A stretch of DNA of 64,000 nt from an uncultured Micavibrio sp. (GTDB lineage Bacteria; Pseudomonadota; Alphaproteobacteria; Micavibrionales; Micavibrionaceae), in the NCBI GenBank assembly GCA_965231165.1, contig OZ246421.1:2300755-2364754 (forward strand), given 5' to 3'. The notes below the pieces were generated by a model, which was not told where the DNA came from, ran no database searches, and saw nothing but the letters and a program-made list of their open reading frames with translations. Position numbers and translations under genes: made by a program. Shown in pieces: positions 45,412-55,601 of the stretch (its first letter is position 1; each line of letters begins with the position of its first letter).

Positions 45412-46923
45412 ATGAGCGTATTTGTACTGAAACCCGGAACCCTGAATCTCGCTGATTTACGGTTTATATATAGTCAGCCGGTAACGTTGAGCCTGCCGGA
45501 TTCGTGCCGTAAGGTGATGGATGACAGCGTTGCTATCGTCGACCGCATTGTCGCATCGGATAAAACCGTCTATGGCGTCAATACCGGCTTTGGCAAACTG
45601 GCGCAGAAAAAAATCCCGCAAGACCAACTTGAAAAATTGCAGGAAAATCTGGTGTTGTCGCATGCGACGGGTACCGGGCTGTTGCTTGATGATGCCATCG
45701 TCCGGCTGATGATGGTGCTCAAAATCAATGCGTTGGCGCAGGGTTATTCCGGCATCCGCGCTGAGGTGGTGCAGGCGCTGGTGACTCTGATCAATGCCGG
45801 GGTTTATCCGTGCGTCCCCTGCAAGGGTTCTGTGGGCGCTTCCGGTGATTTAGCGCCGCTGGCGCATATGAGCGCGGCCTTGCTCGGGCATGGGCAGGTG
45901 CGCTGCGCCGGGAAAATAATATCCGCTGCAGAAGGTCTTACAAAAGCAGGATTGAAACCGCTAACGCTTGGCCCCAAGGAAGGGCTGGCGCTGCTGAATG
46001 GTACGCAGCTTTCAACCGCGCTCGCTTTGGCCGGGTTGTTTGGTGCGCAAGATGCTTTTGCGGCGGCCCTCATTGCCGGGGCGATGACGCTGGATGCTTG
46101 CAAAGGTTCGATCTCACCGTTTCAGGAAGAATTGCAACGTGTGCGCGGTCAGCCGGGACAGATGATCGTCGCGGCCAAATTGCGGACGTTGCTGGCGGGG
46201 AGCGCTATTCATGAATCGCACCGCGATTGTGGCAAGGTGCAAGATCCTTATAGTCTGCGTTGCATGCCGCAGGTGATGGGCAGCTGTTATGATTTCATGG
46301 GATTTGCCGCGGGTGTGCTGGAACGCGAAGCGAATGCTGTTTCCGATAACCCGCTGGTATTTGCCGGTCCCGACCGGATTCTCTCCGGCGGTAATTTTCA
46401 TGCTGAACCGGTGGCGATGGCGGCGGATACGCTGGCGCTTGTCATTGCTGAGATTGGCAGCATGGCGGAGCGGCGGATTGCGATGATCGTTGATGCCCAT
46501 TTAAGCGGCTTGCCGCCGTTTCTGGTCGAAGGGGCCGGGGTCAATTCCGGCTTTATGATCGCCCATGTCACGGCGGCGGCGCTTGCCAGTGAAAACAAGC
46601 AAATGGCTTATCCGGCCTGCGTTGACAGTATTCCGACTTCGGCCAATCAGGAAGACCATGTCAGCATGGCGACGCACGGGGCGCGGCGTTTGCTGGAGAT
46701 GGCTGACAATACCAAAACCATCGTGGCGATTGAGTTGCTGGCGGCGGCGCAGGGTATGGATTTTCATCGCCCGCTGAAAAGTTCGGCGGTACTGGAAGAG
46801 GCGCATGCCAAAATTCGTGCGGTGGTGCCGTTTTATAGTCAGGATCGTTTTTTCGCGCCGGATATTGAAGCGGCGAAGAATTTAGTGAGTGCAGGCGCGT
46901 TTTCTGCCGCAGGCATGCCATGA
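45412..46923 (+). CDS. hutH: histidine ammonia-lyase
   Basis: [14 protein letters not shown] (MIO-forming ASG motif). 503 aa. Confidence 0.96.
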   Translation: MSVFVLKPGTLNLADLRFIYSQPVTLSLPDSCRKVMDDSVAIVDRIVASDKTVYGVNTGFGKLAQKKIPQDQLEKLQENLVLSHATGTGLLLDDAIVRLMMVLKINALAQGYSGIRAEVVQALVTLINAGVYPCVPCKGSVGASGDLAPLAHMSAALLGHGQVRCAGKIISAAEGLTKAGLKPLTLGPKEGLALLNGTQLSTALALAGLFGAQDAFAAALIAGAMTLDACKGSISPFQEELQRVRGQPGQMIVAAKLRTLLAGSAIHESHRDCGKVQDPYSLRCMPQVMGSCYDFMGFAAGVLEREANAVSDNPLVFAGPDRILSGGNFHAEPVAMAADTLALVIAEIGSMAERRIAMIVDAHLSGLPPFLVEGAGVNSGFMIAHVTAAALASENKQMAYPACVDSIPTSANQEDHVSMATHGARRLLEMADNTKTIVAIELLAAAQGMDFHRPLKSSAVLEEAHAKIRAVVPFYSQDRFFAPDIEAAKNLVSAGAFSAAGMP

Positions 46924-47732
46924 GCATTTTTTCTCTGCATGAAGGTGCCGCGCCGCTGATCATCAGTATTCCGCATGCGGGGACTGTTGTGCCCGATGAG
47001 ATCAAGGCGCGGATGACGCGTGAAGCGCTGCGCTTGCCCGATACCGACTGGCATATCCCGCAGCTTTACGATTTTGCGGCAGCCATGGGTGTTACGATCG
47101 TCAGTGCGCATTATTCGCGCTATGTGATTGACCTTAACCGCCCGCCGGATAATGCCGCGCTTTATCCGGGGCAGACCAAGGTTTCTTTATGCCCTGATGA
47201 AACTTTCGAGGGCGAAAAAATATATAAAGATGGCGCGGAACCGGATGGGCAGGAGGTCGCGCAGCGTCTCGAAAAATATTGGCGGCCTTATCATGATGAA
47301 CTGCGCCAGCAGATTGAACGCCTGAAGCAAGAACATGGTTATGCGGTGCTTTATGATGCGCACTCGATTAAAGGTGATTTGCCGCGTTTGTTCGAAGGGC
47401 GCTTGCCGGACATAAATTTGGGTACGGCCAAGGGCATTAGTTGCGCCCCCGACATGGAACAAGCCGCGTATAAGGCGGCGCAGGATTGTTCATATGGCAG
47501 CATTTTGAACGGGCGCTTTATCGGCGGCTATATCACCCGTCATTACGGCGATCCGGCGCATGACGTACATGCCCTGCAAATGGAACTGGTGCGCGAGAAT
47601 TATATGAACGAAAGTGATTTTTCGTTTGATGAAGGACGTGCGCAGAATTTACGCGTGGCGTTGAAAAGTGTTCTTCAATCTGTTCTGGACTGGGGTGTCG
47701 CCACATATAAACCGTTACGCACCACGGCATAG
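46920..47732 (+). CDS. hutG: N-formylglutamate amidohydrolase
   Basis: FGase family pattern ([27 protein letters not shown]). Shares an ATGA overlap with hutH. Confidence 0.85.
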   Translation: MSIFSLHEGAAPLIISIPHAGTVVPDEIKARMTREALRLPDTDWHIPQLYDFAAAMGVTIVSAHYSRYVIDLNRPPDNAALYPGQTKVSLCPDETFEGEKIYKDGAEPDGQEVAQRLEKYWRPYHDELRQQIERLKQEHGYAVLYDAHSIKGDLPRLFEGRLPDINLGTAKGISCAPDMEQAAYKAAQDCSYGSILNGRFIGGYITRHYGDPAHDVHALQMELVRENYMNESDFSFDEGRAQNLRVALKSVLQSVLDWGVATYKPLRTTA

Positions 47733-48889
47733 CAGGGATTGCGGCTGATGCTATAGCTAAGTTCGGCCAGTTCATTGACATCCCACAACACAAAATCGGC
47801 GCGACAACCCTGTTCCAGTTTTCCGGCGTCGTGCCAGCCCAGGGCTTTGGCGGCATGACAGGTTACGCCCGCGAGAGCTTCTTCCGGCGTCAGGCGGAAG
47901 AGGGTGCAGGCCATGTTCATCATCAGCAATAGCGAATGCACCGGCGCGGTGCCGGGATTGTGGTCGGTGGCAATCGCGATGGGCACATTATGTTTACGCA
48001 GCAGATCAATCGGCGGCAACTGTGTTTCACGCAGGAAATAAAAGGCGCCGGGCAGTAATACCGCCACGGTTCCGGCTTCGGCCATCGCCTTGATACCGTC
48101 TTCGTCGAGATATTCGAGATGGTCGGCGGAAAGGGCGTGATAACGCGCTGCCAATGCGCTGCCGTGCTGGTTGGATAATTGTTCGGTATGGAGTTTGACG
48201 GGCAAGCCCAGTTCCTGCGCTTTCTTAAAAACACGCGCGGTCTGTGCCAGATTAAAGCCAATCCGTTCACAAAAGGCATCGACCGCATCGACCAGTCCGG
48301 CCTCGTGCAGGGCCGGGAGCATGTCTTCGCAAATATGGGTGATGTAATCATCGGCGCGGTCTTTATATTCTGGCGGTAACGCATGCGCGCCTAAAAACGT
48401 GCGTTGTACGCGGATGCCGGTTTCCTGACCGAGCCGCGTCGCCACGGTCAGCATTTTCTTTTCCGTGACTGTATCGAGGCCGTAGCCGGATTTGATCTCA
48501 ATCCCGGTGACGCCTTCGGTCATCAAATTATGCAAACGACGACGCGCGGTGGCCAATAACTCGTCTTCGCTGGCGGCGCGGGTGGCCTTTACGGTGGAAA
48601 GGATACCGCCGCCTGCTTTGGCGATGTCCTCATAGCTGGTTCCTTGCAGACGCATTTCAAATTCGCGGGCACGGTTGCCGCCATAGACAAGATGGGTATG
48701 GCAATCGATTAGGCCGGGGGTCATCCAGCGACCGCCGCCATCGTGAATCTTAGCGGCCAGAGTCTCCGGTGCGGCGGGCAGGGCTTTTTGCGGGCCGATC
48801 CATGCGATTTTTCCGGCCTGAATGCCGATTGCGCCGGGATTTTCCATCCCGCCGGGTGTACGCACATTGATCCAGATAGAATCCCACAT
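47675..48889 (-). CDS. hutI: imidazolonepropionase
   Basis: [23 protein letters not shown] and an amidohydrolase-fold pattern. 404 aa. Confidence 0.93.
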   Translation of the reverse strand: MWDSIWINVRTPGGMENPGAIGIQAGKIAWIGPQKALPAAPETLAAKIHDGGGRWMTPGLIDCHTHLVYGGNRAREFEMRLQGTSYEDIAKAGGGILSTVKATRAASEDELLATARRRLHNLMTEGVTGIEIKSGYGLDTVTEKKMLTVATRLGQETGIRVQRTFLGAHALPPEYKDRADDYITHICEDMLPALHEAGLVDAVDAFCERIGFNLAQTARVFKKAQELGLPVKLHTEQLSNQHGSALAARYHALSADHLEYLDEDGIKAMAEAGTVAVLLPGAFYFLRETQLPPIDLLRKHNVPIAIATDHNPGTAPVHSLLLMMNMACTLFRLTPEEALAGVTCHAAKALGWHDAGKLEQGCRADFVLWDVNELAELSYSISRNPCYAVVRNGLYVATPQSRTD

Positions 48890-48938
48890 TGTTTCCCTCT
48901 ACAATATCTCCGGAAGCAGTTCTGAAGGAGCATAACCG

Positions 48939-50273
48939 ATGCCCGATTTTTTGGCAAAAGCCGCCCTTTTACCGCAAGGCTGGGCCGATGACGTTCTTAT
49001 CAGCGTTGATGAAGCGGGCTGGATTACCGCCGTTCGTCCGGGTCAGCCCTCTGCCGTAGCGCAAACCCTCGATGGCCCGGTTGTTCCGGGGATGCCGAAC
49101 CTGCATTCGCATGCTTTTCAATATGCGATGGCCGGACTGGCCGAGCATAGCGAAGATCCTGCCAACAGCTTCTGGAGTTGGCGCAAGGTCATGTATGGCT
49201 TTCTCGATACGCTGGGACCGGCAGAACTGGAGCGGATCGCGACAGGGCTTTATAGCGCGATGCTGAAGGCCGGTTATACGCAAGTTGCCGAATTTCATTA
49301 TCTTCACCACCGCCCCGACGGGACGCCTTATGAAGACCGGGCGCATTTATCGCATTGCATGATCCGCGCCGCCAAGGCCGCCGGAATCGGTATTACGTTG
49401 TTACCGGTTTTGTATGCGCATGGGGGTTTCGGCGGACAGGCGCCGGAAAGCGGGCAAAGGCGCTTTATCAATAGCCCTGCGCAAATTCTGGATATGATTG
49501 CTTCGCTCTATAGGGATTATGAAGCTGACCCCGAAGTGCAAATTGGTCTGGCGCTGCATTCTCTGCGCGCCACCACGCCGGAGATGATTACCGAAACAGT
49601 CAGTGCCGTACGACGCATCAATCCGCAGATGTCGATCCATATCCATATGGCCGAACAGGAGAAGGAGGTCGATGATTGCAAGGCGTGGAGCGGCCAGCGA
49701 CCTGTTGAATGGCTCCTTGAGCATAATGATGTCGATTCGCACTGGTGCCTTATCCATGCCACGCACATGACGGAAACGGAGACTCGCGATCTGGCGCTCT
49801 CCGGCGCGGTGGCGGGGTTGTGCCCGACGACAGAGGCCAATCTGGGCGATGGGGTGTTTAACCTGACGCCCTATCTGGAACATGGCGGACGTTTCGGTAT
49901 TGGCTCCGATAGCCATATCTCGGTGAACATGATCGAGGAGTTACGCTGGCTGGAATATGGTCAGCGCCTGACACGGCGACAGCGTCTGATCGCCCGCAGA
50001 GCGACAGAGCAGCATACCGGTGCATTCCTTTATAAATCAGCCCTCGCAGGCGGGGCGCAGGCGCTCGGCACAAAAACCGGAAAGATAGAAGCCGGATGTC
50101 GCGCTGATTTCATTGTGCTGGATAGTCAGTGTCCGGCGCTTAAGGGTAAGGGCCATGATCTCGTTCTGGATGCGGCCATCTTCGCCAGCAATAGCCCGCC
50201 AGTCAGGGATGTTTTTGTCGGTGGGCATGCCGTCGTCAAAAATTTTAAGGCTCTGCATGATGAAAATACTTAA
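48939..50273 (+). CDS. hutF: formimidoylglutamate deiminase
   Basis: Amidohydrolase with VPGMPNLHSHAFQ and HMAEQ motifs. Co-occurs with hutG, which fits the N-formylglutamate branch. Confidence 0.85.
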   Translation: MPDFLAKAALLPQGWADDVLISVDEAGWITAVRPGQPSAVAQTLDGPVVPGMPNLHSHAFQYAMAGLAEHSEDPANSFWSWRKVMYGFLDTLGPAELERIATGLYSAMLKAGYTQVAEFHYLHHRPDGTPYEDRAHLSHCMIRAAKAAGIGITLLPVLYAHGGFGGQAPESGQRRFINSPAQILDMIASLYRDYEADPEVQIGLALHSLRATTPEMITETVSAVRRINPQMSIHIHMAEQEKEVDDCKAWSGQRPVEWLLEHNDVDSHWCLIHATHMTETETRDLALSGAVAGLCPTTEANLGDGVFNLTPYLEHGGRFGIGSDSHISVNMIEELRWLEYGQRLTRRQRLIARRATEQHTGAFLYKSALAGGAQALGTKTGKIEAGCRADFIVLDSQCPALKGKGHDLVLDAAIFASNSPPVRDVFVGGHAVVKNFKALHDENT

Positions 50274-50886
50274 TGTAGCTTTGCGCGCCTTTTCCGCTCG
50301 TGATCATGCTGCGCTGGCCGCGTGTCTGATTACGCTGGGTGCCAACCCGTATGACACGGATGCAGCGGGGCGCACCGCCTTTAATTGCGCCGCCAGTAAC
50401 GGCCTGATGGCGCTGGCTACGCTGACGAAAATTGCGTTTGCAGATACGCAAAAACCGCTTTCACGCCGCCGCTGGAAACAATTTGATCTCAACACCCCTT
50501 CGGGGGCTTACGGTTCAACCCTGATTACTTATGCAGCCAAAGTTTGTGATGTGGTTACCGTCAAAGCAATGATCGATGCGGGTGCTGACCTGCGCATCGT
50601 AAACGGGAGCGGCTGGAGCCTGCTGCATTGTGCCGCCGTCATGCCTGACCGTACTGAAATATTGAAGTCGCTGCTACAGGCCTTCCATACGCAAGGTCAC
50701 GGGAATCTTATCAATGCGCGCACAACCCATATTTATGAAACTGTTTATAGCGGCCATAAAGTTATTTATGCGGCAGAATTAACGGCGACGGATCTATGTT
50801 GCGTACGGCTAGACCAAGACCCGTCATGTCCGCCGGAGCTGGCCCAATATCCGGAGATTTTTATAGGGCAGAGGAACCATGCGTAA
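50257..50886 (+). CDS. ankyrin-repeat protein (about 209 aa)
   Basis: Ankyrin-like repeats (AAGRTAFNCAASNG; GSTLITYAAKVCDVVTVKAMIDAGADL; SGWSLLHCAAV). ATG at 50257 overlaps the hutF 3' end by 17 nt. Confidence 0.7.
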   Translation: MMKILNVALRAFSARDHAALAACLITLGANPYDTDAAGRTAFNCAASNGLMALATLTKIAFADTQKPLSRRRWKQFDLNTPSGAYGSTLITYAAKVCDVVTVKAMIDAGADLRIVNGSGWSLLHCAAVMPDRTEILKSLLQAFHTQGHGNLINARTTHIYETVYSGHKVIYAAELTATDLCCVRLDQDPSCPPELAQYPEIFIGQRNHA

Positions 50887-52237
50887 ATTTTTTATCATAA
50901 CGCTTGTTATATTGGTGTTTCTGGCCGGAGTGCTTAGCCTCACGCCCTGGAAAATCATCTTGCAGGGGCAGATCATCTCTGCTTTGGAATCACGTGGGTT
51001 TTCAGATGTGAATTTACATGTATCCGGTCTGGGGCTGAAGAGTATCATTCTTGACGATATTACTTTCGGTACTGAAAATCCGCTGACGCTTAAGAACGTC
51101 AAGCTCGATTACTCTGTCGCCGGTCTGCGGTCACGCCGGTTGGATAAATTGACGATTTCAGAGCCTGCCTTTGTCTTTCGTCAGATCGACGGGCGCTGGA
51201 CTGTCGTGCATTTTGAAAATGTACGTTCTTCCGCTGTGGCAAAACCGATGAGCGTCGCAGTGCTGACGGAAACATTGAAAAAAATCCCTTTTGATCAGGT
51301 TGTGGTGGAAAGGGGAACAATGAGGATTGAGACGGAATCATGGACGCTGACGCTGCCGCTGGAGACTGTCTTTGATAAAAACCTTTCGAAAATTTCCTAT
51401 AAAGCCGGTAACGCCCATTTCCGCAAAGGCGCTCTCGAAGCTACAATTGGTGAGATCATTGCCGATATCGGTTTCGATGAGAAGGTTCAGGCGTGGAAAG
51501 GCCAATGGCAAGCGGATCAGATTAATGTCAAAGACGCCCCGGCCCCCGTACCGCCCTTGAAAGGGCAGGGCACCATTATGGGCATGGGCGCGGCGGTGAT
51601 TGTTGATGGCGCATTGCAGAGCGCAGATCAATCATATCAGATGATATTTCGTTACAATCACTCCTTTGACACTGCGGCAGAGTCCGTGTTGAGTCTGGGT
51701 TCAGCGGTCATGCCGTGGAAGGAAGGAGTTGTAAAACTGGAGAGCGTGAAGATTCCTTTGCGTCAAGGGCAGCCCTTAAATTTAAATGTTCAGGTTGACG
51801 GGGTTTCTGTCGATGAATTGCTGGGAGCCATGACAGGGCAAAGAGTGACCGGCACAGGCCGTGTTTCGGGCACCATCCCGGTTACGATTGGCAAAAACGG
51901 TGATCTGGTTTTTGGGCAAGGCAGCCTGACAGCGGCAGGGCCGGGAAAGATTAACATGCCGCCGGATGCCATTCCCGGTGACAATGAGCAGGTCGCTTTG
52001 GTGCGTAATATTCTGGCTGACCTCAATTATACCGCGTTATCCATTTCCCTGAATAACGATAACCAGAATAATCTGGGGGTGACGATGAGCGTCGAAGGGA
52101 GTAATCCCGCTGTTTACAATGGACGTGCCGTAAAATTGAATGTTAACCTGACGGGCGACGTGCTGGATTTCATTCAGAAAAATGTTATCTTACTGACGAA
52201 ACCGCAAACCTTATGGGAAGATGGTGCCGATGAATAA
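50879..52237 (+). CDS. ydbH: YdbH-like (DctA-YdbH domain) AsmA-like-clan protein, short form (452 aa)
   Basis: N-terminal TM anchor and a C-terminal GSNPAVYNGRAVKLNVNLTGDV pattern. Directly followed by ynbE and ydbL homologues. Confidence 0.7.
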   Translation: MRKFFIITLVILVFLAGVLSLTPWKIILQGQIISALESRGFSDVNLHVSGLGLKSIILDDITFGTENPLTLKNVKLDYSVAGLRSRRLDKLTISEPAFVFRQIDGRWTVVHFENVRSSAVAKPMSVAVLTETLKKIPFDQVVVERGTMRIETESWTLTLPLETVFDKNLSKISYKAGNAHFRKGALEATIGEIIADIGFDEKVQAWKGQWQADQINVKDAPAPVPPLKGQGTIMGMGAAVIVDGALQSADQSYQMIFRYNHSFDTAAESVLSLGSAVMPWKEGVVKLESVKIPLRQGQPLNLNVQVDGVSVDELLGAMTGQRVTGTGRVSGTIPVTIGKNGDLVFGQGSLTAAGPGKINMPPDAIPGDNEQVALVRNILADLNYTALSISLNNDNQNNLGVTMSVEGSNPAVYNGRAVKLNVNLTGDVLDFIQKNVILLTKPQTLWEDGADE

Positions 52238-52427
52238 CCAGTTTAGCAGGGTTTTGATGCTTCTGATTTTACCCGTCCTTGCAGGCGGATGTACGCCGAC
52301 GGTGCAGTTACAGGCACCGGAGAAGCCGATCGAGATTAATCTTAATGTGAATATCGAGCACCACGTCAAAGTCGAAATCGAAAAAGACGTGCGCGCCAGC
52401 ATTAACAAGAATAAAGACATTTTCTAA
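52221..52427 (+). CDS. ynbE: YnbE family lipoprotein
   Basis: LAGGCTPTVQLQAPEKPIEINLNVNIEHHVKVEIEKDV closely parallels E. coli YnbE. An alternative start is ATG 52230. Confidence 0.8.
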   Translation: MVPMNNQFSRVLMLLILPVLAGGCTPTVQLQAPEKPIEINLNVNIEHHVKVEIEKDVRASINKNKDIF

Positions 52428-52440
52428 CGGGAGAAATCTT

Positions 52441-52767
52441 ATGAAGCTTTATGCTATAGCCCTCGGGCTTGTTCTTACAGTGATGACAGTATTTCCGGCC
52501 TTTGCGCTTGACCTGCAACAGGCCAGAGCCACAGGTTTGGTCGGCGAGACGACCAAGGGATATGTCGCTGTCATCAAACCATCCCCCGCCGTGGAGGAAC
52601 TGGTTGCGACCATTAATGCCAAGCGCAAACAGGAATATGCCCGCATTTCGCAGGCCAACGGCCAGAGCGTCGATATCGTGGCCAAAGTGGCGGCGGAGCA
52701 GATCATCAATAATCTGGAAGAGGGCAGCCTGTATCAGGCGGCTGACGGCAGTTGGCGGAAACGTTAG
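52441..52767 (+). CDS. ydbL: YdbL (DUF1318) periplasmic protein
   Basis: Signal peptide, then LDLQQARATGLVGETTKGYV...INAKRKQEYARIS. 108 aa, the same length as E. coli YdbL. Confidence 0.8.
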   Translation: MKLYAIALGLVLTVMTVFPAFALDLQQARATGLVGETTKGYVAVIKPSPAVEELVATINAKRKQEYARISQANGQSVDIVAKVAAEQIINNLEEGSLYQAADGSWRKR

Positions 52768-52891
52768 TCGATCATCCTGGTTGATGGGCCATAATTTTTA
52801 GCCCTTCAGGCTGGCTATGATATCGTTCATGCTTTACAATATTCCCCGTACCGTCCGGTACGGGGAATATTTTTTTGCCCGCTTTGGGAAC

Positions 52892-54658
52892 ATGAACCAG
52901 AAAATTTTTTTCAGTCTACGTTACAAGATCATGCTCGCCTTTTTTGGCATTGGGTGTGTCACTAGTATCGTTCTCGGGCAGCAGGCCTACAAGATCCTTG
53001 AGGAAAAGCTGTTTTCTGAACTGCGGCGCAATGTTGAAAATATCACCCATATAGGGTCAGCCTATATTGACGAGGGCGCTGTTGCGCGCCTGATAGCGCG
53101 GCAGCAGGAAGGTGCTACGCCTGCGCAGAGGGATGCCGTTGAATCTTCCCCGGAATACAAAGCCGTTTATGACCAATTGAATTTTATCCGCAATACGGAA
53201 CAGGCGCTGATCCGTTATGTTTACCTGCTGACGCCGACCGATGATCCGGAGGTGGCCCGTTATCTCGTCGATGCCGATGTTCTGCAATCCAAGGCCGCCG
53301 GGCTGCCGGATGAGGAAATTTCCCGCTTTAACAGCGATATGGATGTCGAGCCTTTCCCCGTGCTGCAACAGGCAATGCGAGAGGGAAAGGACATGGTTGA
53401 GCAAAACTATGTCTATGACGAAGCTTTCAAGGTCAATACGGTTTCTGGTTATGCGCCCGTATTTTCCGCTGACGGGCAGAGGATGCTCGCGCTGTTGGGA
53501 CTGGATATGGCCGATAGTCAGGTACAGGCCGCTCTGGCTGAAGCGCTGCAAAAATCCATCGCCGTGGGTTTGCTGTCGCTGTTGGCGTCCTTGCTGACGG
53601 CGGTGCTCATCGGTACATGGTTTACGCGGGGCATCATCAGGCTTGATAGCCTTGTCCGCTCCTTCGCCGAGAAGGATTTTGCGGTACGTGCTTCCTTAAA
53701 ATCCAACGATGAAGTGGGCAGGCTGGGTTTCAGCTTCAACCACATGGCCGAAACCATTCAGGATTATAACACGCGTCTGACCGCACTGGCGGAGGCTTAT
53801 GGCCGTTTCGTGCCGCATGATCTGCTGCGCCTTCTGGAGAAAGACAGCATCCTCGATGTCAATCTAGGCGATCAGATCCAGAAAGACATGTCGGTTTTGT
53901 TCTCCGATATCCGCAATTTCACGGCGATCTCGGAAACGATGAGTCCGAAGGAGAATTTCGACTATATCAATTCATACCTGCGGCAGGTTGGCCCGGAAAT
54001 TCGGGCGCATCGCGGCATTATCGACAAATATATCGGCGATGCGGTGATGGCGCTGTTCCCCGGCAAGGTCGATGATGCAGTGGATGCGGCGCTGGTGATG
54101 CAAAGAAAAGTGCGTGAATATAATGAATACCGCGATGCGCGGCATTACCCCGAAATCAAGATCGGTATCGGCGTACATAACGGCAATGTCATGCTGGGCA
54201 CGATCGGCGAAGACATGCGCATGGACGGTACCGTTATTTCGGATACGGTTAATCTGGCCTCTCGGCTCGAAGGGCTGACCAAGAAATATGGTTGCAAGAT
54301 CGTCGTCAGCGACCGGGTGCTGCAGAAAATGGATAATCCTGAGAAATATTTCACCCGCATGATTGATAAGGTTTGTGTCGTCGGTAAGAACGACCCTGTG
54401 GTGATTTACGAAGTTTGCGATGCCGATGAAGCCACTGTCATGGCATTTAAGCGCGTGACGCTTTCCGATTACGTGGACGCCATTAAACAATATTACGCGC
54501 AGGACTTCACCGCTGCCGCCGCTTCTTTCAGCAAAGTACTCGCCGTGAACGATCACGATGTACCCGCCCGCATTTTTCTTGAACGGTCGCAACGCTTCAT
54601 CGCCGACGGCGTCCCCGCTGACTGGAACGGCGTTTCACGGTTGGATAGCAAGGGGTGA
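52892..54658 (+). CDS. membrane sensor class III adenylate/guanylate cyclase (Cache-like periplasmic domain, HAMP, CYCc)
   Basis: TM, a periplasmic domain of about 200 aa, TM, HAMP (FAVRASLKSNDEVGRLGFSFNHMA), then VLFSDIRNFT...IGDAVMALF...DTVNLASRLE. Start is ATG 52892. Confidence 0.85.
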   Translation: MNQKIFFSLRYKIMLAFFGIGCVTSIVLGQQAYKILEEKLFSELRRNVENITHIGSAYIDEGAVARLIARQQEGATPAQRDAVESSPEYKAVYDQLNFIRNTEQALIRYVYLLTPTDDPEVARYLVDADVLQSKAAGLPDEEISRFNSDMDVEPFPVLQQAMREGKDMVEQNYVYDEAFKVNTVSGYAPVFSADGQRMLALLGLDMADSQVQAALAEALQKSIAVGLLSLLASLLTAVLIGTWFTRGIIRLDSLVRSFAEKDFAVRASLKSNDEVGRLGFSFNHMAETIQDYNTRLTALAEAYGRFVPHDLLRLLEKDSILDVNLGDQIQKDMSVLFSDIRNFTAISETMSPKENFDYINSYLRQVGPEIRAHRGIIDKYIGDAVMALFPGKVDDAVDAALVMQRKVREYNEYRDARHYPEIKIGIGVHNGNVMLGTIGEDMRMDGTVISDTVNLASRLEGLTKKYGCKIVVSDRVLQKMDNPEKYFTRMIDKVCVVGKNDPVVIYEVCDADEATVMAFKRVTLSDYVDAIKQYYAQDFTAAAASFSKVLAVNDHDVPARIFLERSQRFIADGVPADWNGVSRLDSKG

Positions 54659-54665
54659 ACCTTTG

Positions 54666-55013
54666 TTACGAAAGATCCCAATTCGGAATTTTCTTTGGGG
54701 CGGTGAAGGTTCTGGGGGCGTTGTCCGGTCTTGCTGTTGCGCCCACAGGTGCCGAGGTTTCAAATTTGGCAGCGTCGAGCAGGGCTTTATTGTAGGTGGC
54801 GGCTGAGTAACGCTGGCCGTCCACGCGCACTTCATCCCAATCGCGTCCGGCTTTGAGTGCGGCACCCTGAATATCCAGACCTTGGGCGCGGGATACTTTA
54901 TCCATGGCGGCGTCGATGGTTTTCAGTGGTACGGTGCCCACCGTCCTTTCCGCTTCTACGCCTCGGACGCTGGCGACTTCCATGCTGCTCTTCATAAAAA
55001 CGACATTCGCCAT
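54666..55013 (-). CDS. hypothetical protein (115 aa)
   Basis: ATG at 55013 (MANVVFMK...) with GAGG upstream. No family recognised. Confidence 0.45.
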   Translation of the reverse strand: MANVVFMKSSMEVASVRGVEAERTVGTVPLKTIDAAMDKVSRAQGLDIQGAALKAGRDWDEVRVDGQRYSAATYNKALLDAAKFETSAPVGATARPDNAPRTFTAPKKIPNWDLS

Positions 55014-55238
55014 AAGGAGTACCTCTCTGTAAAATCCTCCCATAGTATATGAAAAACAAATTAAGAATTTTTAAAGAAGCGCAATTTCATTACGCTACGT
55101 ATGCTTTCTAGGGTGTATTTTGTGTGATATAACAAGACCCAATAAAACGATCCGGAGACGATATGTCAGCCGGACGCAGACAAAGAACAGACAACAGGGA
55201 TCGCTTTTCCGGCAAGGCTGCGTTTTAGACGGCTTCGG

Positions 55239-55592
55239 ATGGCGAAAAGACAGATGAAACCGGATCCTCGCTTACAAGATGGGGCTGGCCCGTCCTCAGA
55301 TGAACTGCTCCGCATGGTGGCGCGGCGACGGGAAACCGCGCTTGAACCGCAACGTGTCGGTGCCAGTTTCTTTTTTGAAGTCAAAGGCGGCTGGGAAGTG
55401 CGGGCGTTGCTGGATGATGTGAATGTCCGCAAGGTTTATACCATCTCGGGTCTTGAAGACGCGTTCCATGACCAGACCGTCAGAACCATCCTGATTCCGC
55501 GCGATGCTACTGTCAGCCAGAATGTGGCCATACGCGTCTGCGGCCGTCACGGGCAAGGCAAAACAGTTTTCTTTGAAGCCAAGTCTGAATAG
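55239..55592 (+). CDS. hypothetical protein (117 aa)
   Basis: ORF with protein-like composition. No family recognised. Confidence 0.45.
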   Translation: MAKRQMKPDPRLQDGAGPSSDELLRMVARRRETALEPQRVGASFFFEVKGGWEVRALLDDVNVRKVYTISGLEDAFHDQTVRTILIPRDATVSQNVAIRVCGRHGQGKTVFFEAKSE

Positions 55593-55601
55593 GCGATTTT
55601 C

